Assembly: GCA_947481365.1 (NCBI GenBank)
Contig: CANKGI010000002.1
Span: forward strand, 1-40,321
Source: Bacteroidota bacterium
GTDB lineage: Bacteria; Bacteroidota; Bacteroidia; UKL13-3
DNA length: 40,321 nt
Direction of reading: 5' to 3'
Below the pieces are notes generated by a model. The model was not told the origin of the DNA. It was given only the letters and a program-made list of their open reading frames with translations, and made no database searches. The translations under genes and the position numbers were made by a program. Below, piece after piece: positions 37,464-40,321 of this stretch. Each line of letters begins with the position of its first letter. Position 1 is the first letter of the stretch.

Positions 37464-37613
37464 TCGTTTGTACTGACAAATTGTTCAGAGATAAATAATT
37501 CCCATCTTATATTGTGTCATACTGCCAATAAAAACTGCCATTTATTATGCCATGTAAAGTCTTTATAAATTGGCACTTTCATTGATGTTCATGGGACAAT
37601 AGACAAAAAAATT

Positions 37614-39512
37614 ATGAGCAAAATTATTGGAATCGATTTAGGAACAACCAACTCTTGTGTATCTGTTATGGAAGGAAATGAACCGGTTGTAATCGCAAAC
37701 AGCGAAGGACGTAGAACAACACCTTCAATTGTAGCATTTATTAAAGATGGTGAACGTAAAATTGGTGATCCTGCAAAACGTCAGGCTGTAACCAATCCAA
37801 GAAATACGATATACTCTATCAAACGTTTTATGGGAAACACTTTTGATCAGGTAACTACTGAAACATCACGTGTTCCCTACAGTGTAAAAAAAGGAGATAA
37901 CAACACACCTCGAGTTGATATTGATGGAAGACTTTATACTCCTCAAGAAATTTCAGCAATGATTCTTCAGAAAATGAAAAAAACTGCTGAAGATTATTTA
38001 GGTCACGATGTGAAAGAAGCTGTGATTACGGTTCCTGCATATTTTAACGATGCACAACGTCAGGCAACTAAAGAAGCCGGAGAAATTGCAGGATTAACTG
38101 TAAAACGTATTATCAATGAGCCTACAGCAGCTGCATTAGCTTACGGATTAGACAAAAAACACAAAGACATGAAAGTGGTTGTGTTTGACTGTGGTGGTGG
38201 AACTCATGACGTTTCGGTACTTGATTTAGGCGAAGGAGTTTTTGAAGTAAAATCAACTGACGGAGATACACATTTAGGTGGTGATGATTTTGACCAAGTA
38301 ATTATTGATTGGTTGGCTGATGAATTTAAAAACGATGAAGGTATTGATTTGAGAAAAGATCCAATGGCTTTGCAACGTTTGAAAGATGCTGCTGAGAAAG
38401 CTAAAATCGAATTATCAAGTTCAACACAAACTGAAATCAATTTACCATATATCATTCCTGTAGATGGAATTCCAAAACATTTGGTAAAAACATTAACACG
38501 TTCAACATTTGAAAAACTTGCTGATTCGTTAATCAAACGTACCATCGAGCCTTGTAAAACTGCCTTGAAAAATGCAGGTTACAGCACAAGTGATATCGAT
38601 GAAATTATTTTAGTGGGTGGATCAACACGTATACCTGCAATACAAGAAGCAGTTGAAAAATTCTTTGGAAAATCTCCATCAAAAGGAGTTAATCCTGATG
38701 AAGTAGTTGCAATTGGAGCTGCCATTCAAGGTGGTGTTTTAACTGGTGAAGTAAAGGATGTGTTATTGCTTGATGTAACTCCTCTTTCTTTAGGTATCGA
38801 AACAATGGGAGGTGTGATGACAAAATTAATTGAGGCAAACACTACTATACCATCTAAAAAATCAGAAACATTCTCAACTGCTAGTGATAACCAGCCAAGT
38901 GTTGAAATACATATTCTTCAGGGAGAAAGACCAATGGCCAATCAAAACCGTTCGTTAGGTCGTTTCCATTTGGATAGTATTCCTCCGGCACCACGCGGTG
39001 TTCCACAAATTGAAGTAACTTTTGATATTGATGCAAACGGAATTTTACATGTTGGAGCTAAAGACAAAGGCACAGGAAAGGAACAAAAAATTCGTATTGA
39101 AGCGTCAAGCGGATTGAGTGATGCTGAGATTGAAAAAATGAAAAAAGAAGCTGAAGCAAATGCTGAAAGCGATCGAAAAGCTAAAGAAGAAGTAGAGAAA
39201 ATAAATATGGCCGACAGCCTTATTTTCCAAACTGAAAAGCAAATAAAAGAATACGGGGATAAAATTCCGGCTGAGAAAAAAACGTCAATAGAAACGGCTC
39301 TTGAAGATTTGAAAAAAGCGCATGGTGAAAAAAATATTGCAGCAATTGATACAGCGATGGAAGCATTGAATGCCGCATGGCAAGCAGCATCACAGGATAT
39401 GTATAATGCAACTCAAAATGCACAACAACCAAATGCAGAAGGAGCTCCAAATGCAGAAGGAAACCCAGAAGAACCAAAAGTTCAGGATGTGGATTTTGAA
39501 GAAGTGAAATAA
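37614..39512 (+). CDS. dnaK: molecular chaperone DnaK (Hsp70)
   Basis: 632 aa. [33 protein letters not shown]-terminal EEVK-type tail (VDFEEVK). Confidence 0.98.
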   Translation: MSKIIGIDLGTTNSCVSVMEGNEPVVIANSEGRRTTPSIVAFIKDGERKIGDPAKRQAVTNPRNTIYSIKRFMGNTFDQVTTETSRVPYSVKKGDNNTPRVDIDGRLYTPQEISAMILQKMKKTAEDYLGHDVKEAVITVPAYFNDAQRQATKEAGEIAGLTVKRIINEPTAAALAYGLDKKHKDMKVVVFDCGGGTHDVSVLDLGEGVFEVKSTDGDTHLGGDDFDQVIIDWLADEFKNDEGIDLRKDPMALQRLKDAAEKAKIELSSSTQTEINLPYIIPVDGIPKHLVKTLTRSTFEKLADSLIKRTIEPCKTALKNAGYSTSDIDEIILVGGSTRIPAIQEAVEKFFGKSPSKGVNPDEVVAIGAAIQGGVLTGEVKDVLLLDVTPLSLGIETMGGVMTKLIEANTTIPSKKSETFSTASDNQPSVEIHILQGERPMANQNRSLGRFHLDSIPPAPRGVPQIEVTFDIDANGILHVGAKDKGTGKEQKIRIEASSGLSDAEIEKMKKEAEANAESDRKAKEEVEKINMADSLIFQTEKQIKEYGDKIPAEKKTSIETALEDLKKAHGEKNIAAIDTAMEALNAAWQAASQDMYNATQNAQQPNAEGAPNAEGNPEEPKVQDVDFEEVK

Positions 39513-39545
39513 TAGTGCAAAGTATTTAGTGCTGAGTGCACAGCT

Positions 39546-39580
39546 AAAAAGTCATCACAAATTTGTGATGACTTTTTTTT
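39546..39580 (+). terminator. rho-independent terminator (A-run / T-run flanked, potentially bidirectional)
   Basis: Perfect 16+16 palindrome aaaaagtcatcacaaa/tttgtgatgacttttt, with the T-run extending to 39580. Confidence 0.85.
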
Positions 39581-39596
39581 ATGTGTATTAATAAAT

Positions 39597-39604
39597 TAAT
39601 TTAG
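39597..39604 (+). promoter_or_regulatory. -7-like box TAATTTAG (one mismatch), 4 nt upstream of the murI ATG
   Basis: Same 4-nt box-to-start spacing as at bshB1 and queG. Confidence 0.3.
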
Positions 39605-39608
39605 CACC

Positions 39609-40321
39609 ATGCAACAACAACCAATAGGTGTGTTCGATTCGGGTTACGGAGGACTTACAGTTTTAAAAGAACTGAAAGCAAAACTTCCGCAATATGATTA
39701 TTTGTATTTAGGAGATAATGCCCGTGCACCATACGGAACACGTTCATTCGATACTGTTTATGCATACACGCTCGAATGTGTGAAGCATTTGTTTGAAATG
39801 AATTGTCGCCTTGTTGTTCTAGCTTGTAATACCGCATCGGCAAAAGCTTTGCGAACAATCCAACAAAAAGACCTACCCAAAATAGATTCATCATTGCGTG
39901 TGCTTGGTGTCATTCGTCCTACTACCGAAATCGTTGGAAACATCACTAAAACCAATCATGTTGGTATACTTGGAACAACCGGAACAATTGCTTCAAATTC
40001 GTATCCAATTGAAATTGAAAAGTTTTTCCCAAGTATCAAAGTATTTCAGGAAGCTTGCCCGATGTGGGTTCCGCTGGTTGAAAACAATGAGTTTGAAAAT
40101 GAAGGTGGTGATTATTTTATCAAGAAAAACATTGAAGAGCTGATGTCTCAATCCGATAAAATTGATACGGTAGTTTTAGGTTGTACGCATTACCCTTTGC
40201 TCATTGAAAAAATAAAAAAATATCTTCCATCTCATGTAAACATTTTATCGCAAGGTGAAATTGTTGCAGATAGTTTGAAAGATTATTTATCACGTCATCC
40301 TGAAATTGAAAAAACATGTTC
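39609..40321 (+). CDS. murI: glutamate racemase MurI (3' end outside the window; absent from the ORF track)
   Basis: Hand translation in frame 3 has no stop to the window end. MQQQPIGVFDSGYGGLTVLKEL...YLGDNARAPYG...VLACNTASA...VLGCTHYPLL carries both catalytic Cys motifs. Confidence 0.9.
   Translation, partial: MQQQPIGVFDSGYGGLTVLKELKAKLPQYDYLYLGDNARAPYGTRSFDTVYAYTLECVKHLFEMNCRLVVLACNTASAKALRTIQQKDLPKIDSSLRVLGVIRPTTEIVGNITKTNHVGILGTTGTIASNSYPIEIEKFFPSIKVFQEACPMWVPLVENNEFENEGGDYFIKKNIEELMSQSDKIDTVVLGCTHYPLLIEKIKKYLPSHVNILSQGEIVADSLKDYLSRHPEIEKTC

Noticed and set aside
39513-39545. CIRCE-like string (TTAGTGCTGAGTGCAC, with repeated AGTGC) next to dnaK
   Set aside because: It does not match TTAGCACTC-N9-GAGTGCTAA. 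It also lies downstream of the dnaK stop rather than in the promoter.
39655-40143. ORFs 39655-39894 (-), 39758-39955 (-) and 39898-40143 (+)
   Set aside because: They overlap the open frame-3 reading frame, which encodes an unmistakable glutamate racemase. They are shadow ORFs.
1-40321. Search for transposases, integrases, phage genes, restriction-modification, toxin-antitoxin or other defence modules
   Set aside because: No ORF shows the relevant motifs (DDE, tyrosine or serine recombinase, nuclease/ATPase defence signatures). The window is essentially core-genome.

Overview
AT-rich chromosomal segment that looks like Bacteroidota. Support: type-A T9SS C-terminal sorting domains, TAnnTTTG-type -7 promoter boxes, A-rich start contexts that almost all lack a Shine-Dalgarno, and no tuf in the str operon. 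The core (14.4-31.6 kb, + strand) is a complete str-S10-spc-alpha ribosomal-protein supercluster running rpsL-rpsG-fusA-rpsJ...rpoA-rplQ. It includes rpmD and rpmJ, which are absent from the ORF track, and I trimmed several track ORFs back to their real ATG starts. There is no tuf, adk or map inside the cluster. The left flank holds a glutathione peroxidase fragment, bshB1-like deacetylase, a DinB/DUF1569-like protein, an S8 peptidase, a lipoprotein, mnmA, a secreted K/E-rich LTXXQ-like protein, queG, a beta-barrel fusion ORF and a 1974-aa T9SS cargo protein with a 561-aa internal duplication. The right flank holds an EF-G paralog whose GTPase motifs are degenerate, a SAM methyltransferase whose ancestral N-terminus is cut off by an in-frame TAA, an RluA-family pseudouridine synthase, panB, a lipoprotein, dnaK and a 3'-truncated murI. 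I found no tRNA/rRNA genes, CRISPR arrays, transposases, integrases, or recognisable defence or toxin-antitoxin modules. I cannot point to a clear multi-gene novel system. The best leads are: the EF-G2-like paralog beside the ribosomal cluster, the giant modular T9SS protein with its upstream beta-barrel ORF, an extended promoter motif shared by translation-gene promoters, a set of apparently leaderless genes (some with non-AUG starts), a lone strong SD at rplF, and structured intra-operon spacers. All functional calls come from reading motifs by eye; no searches were run.
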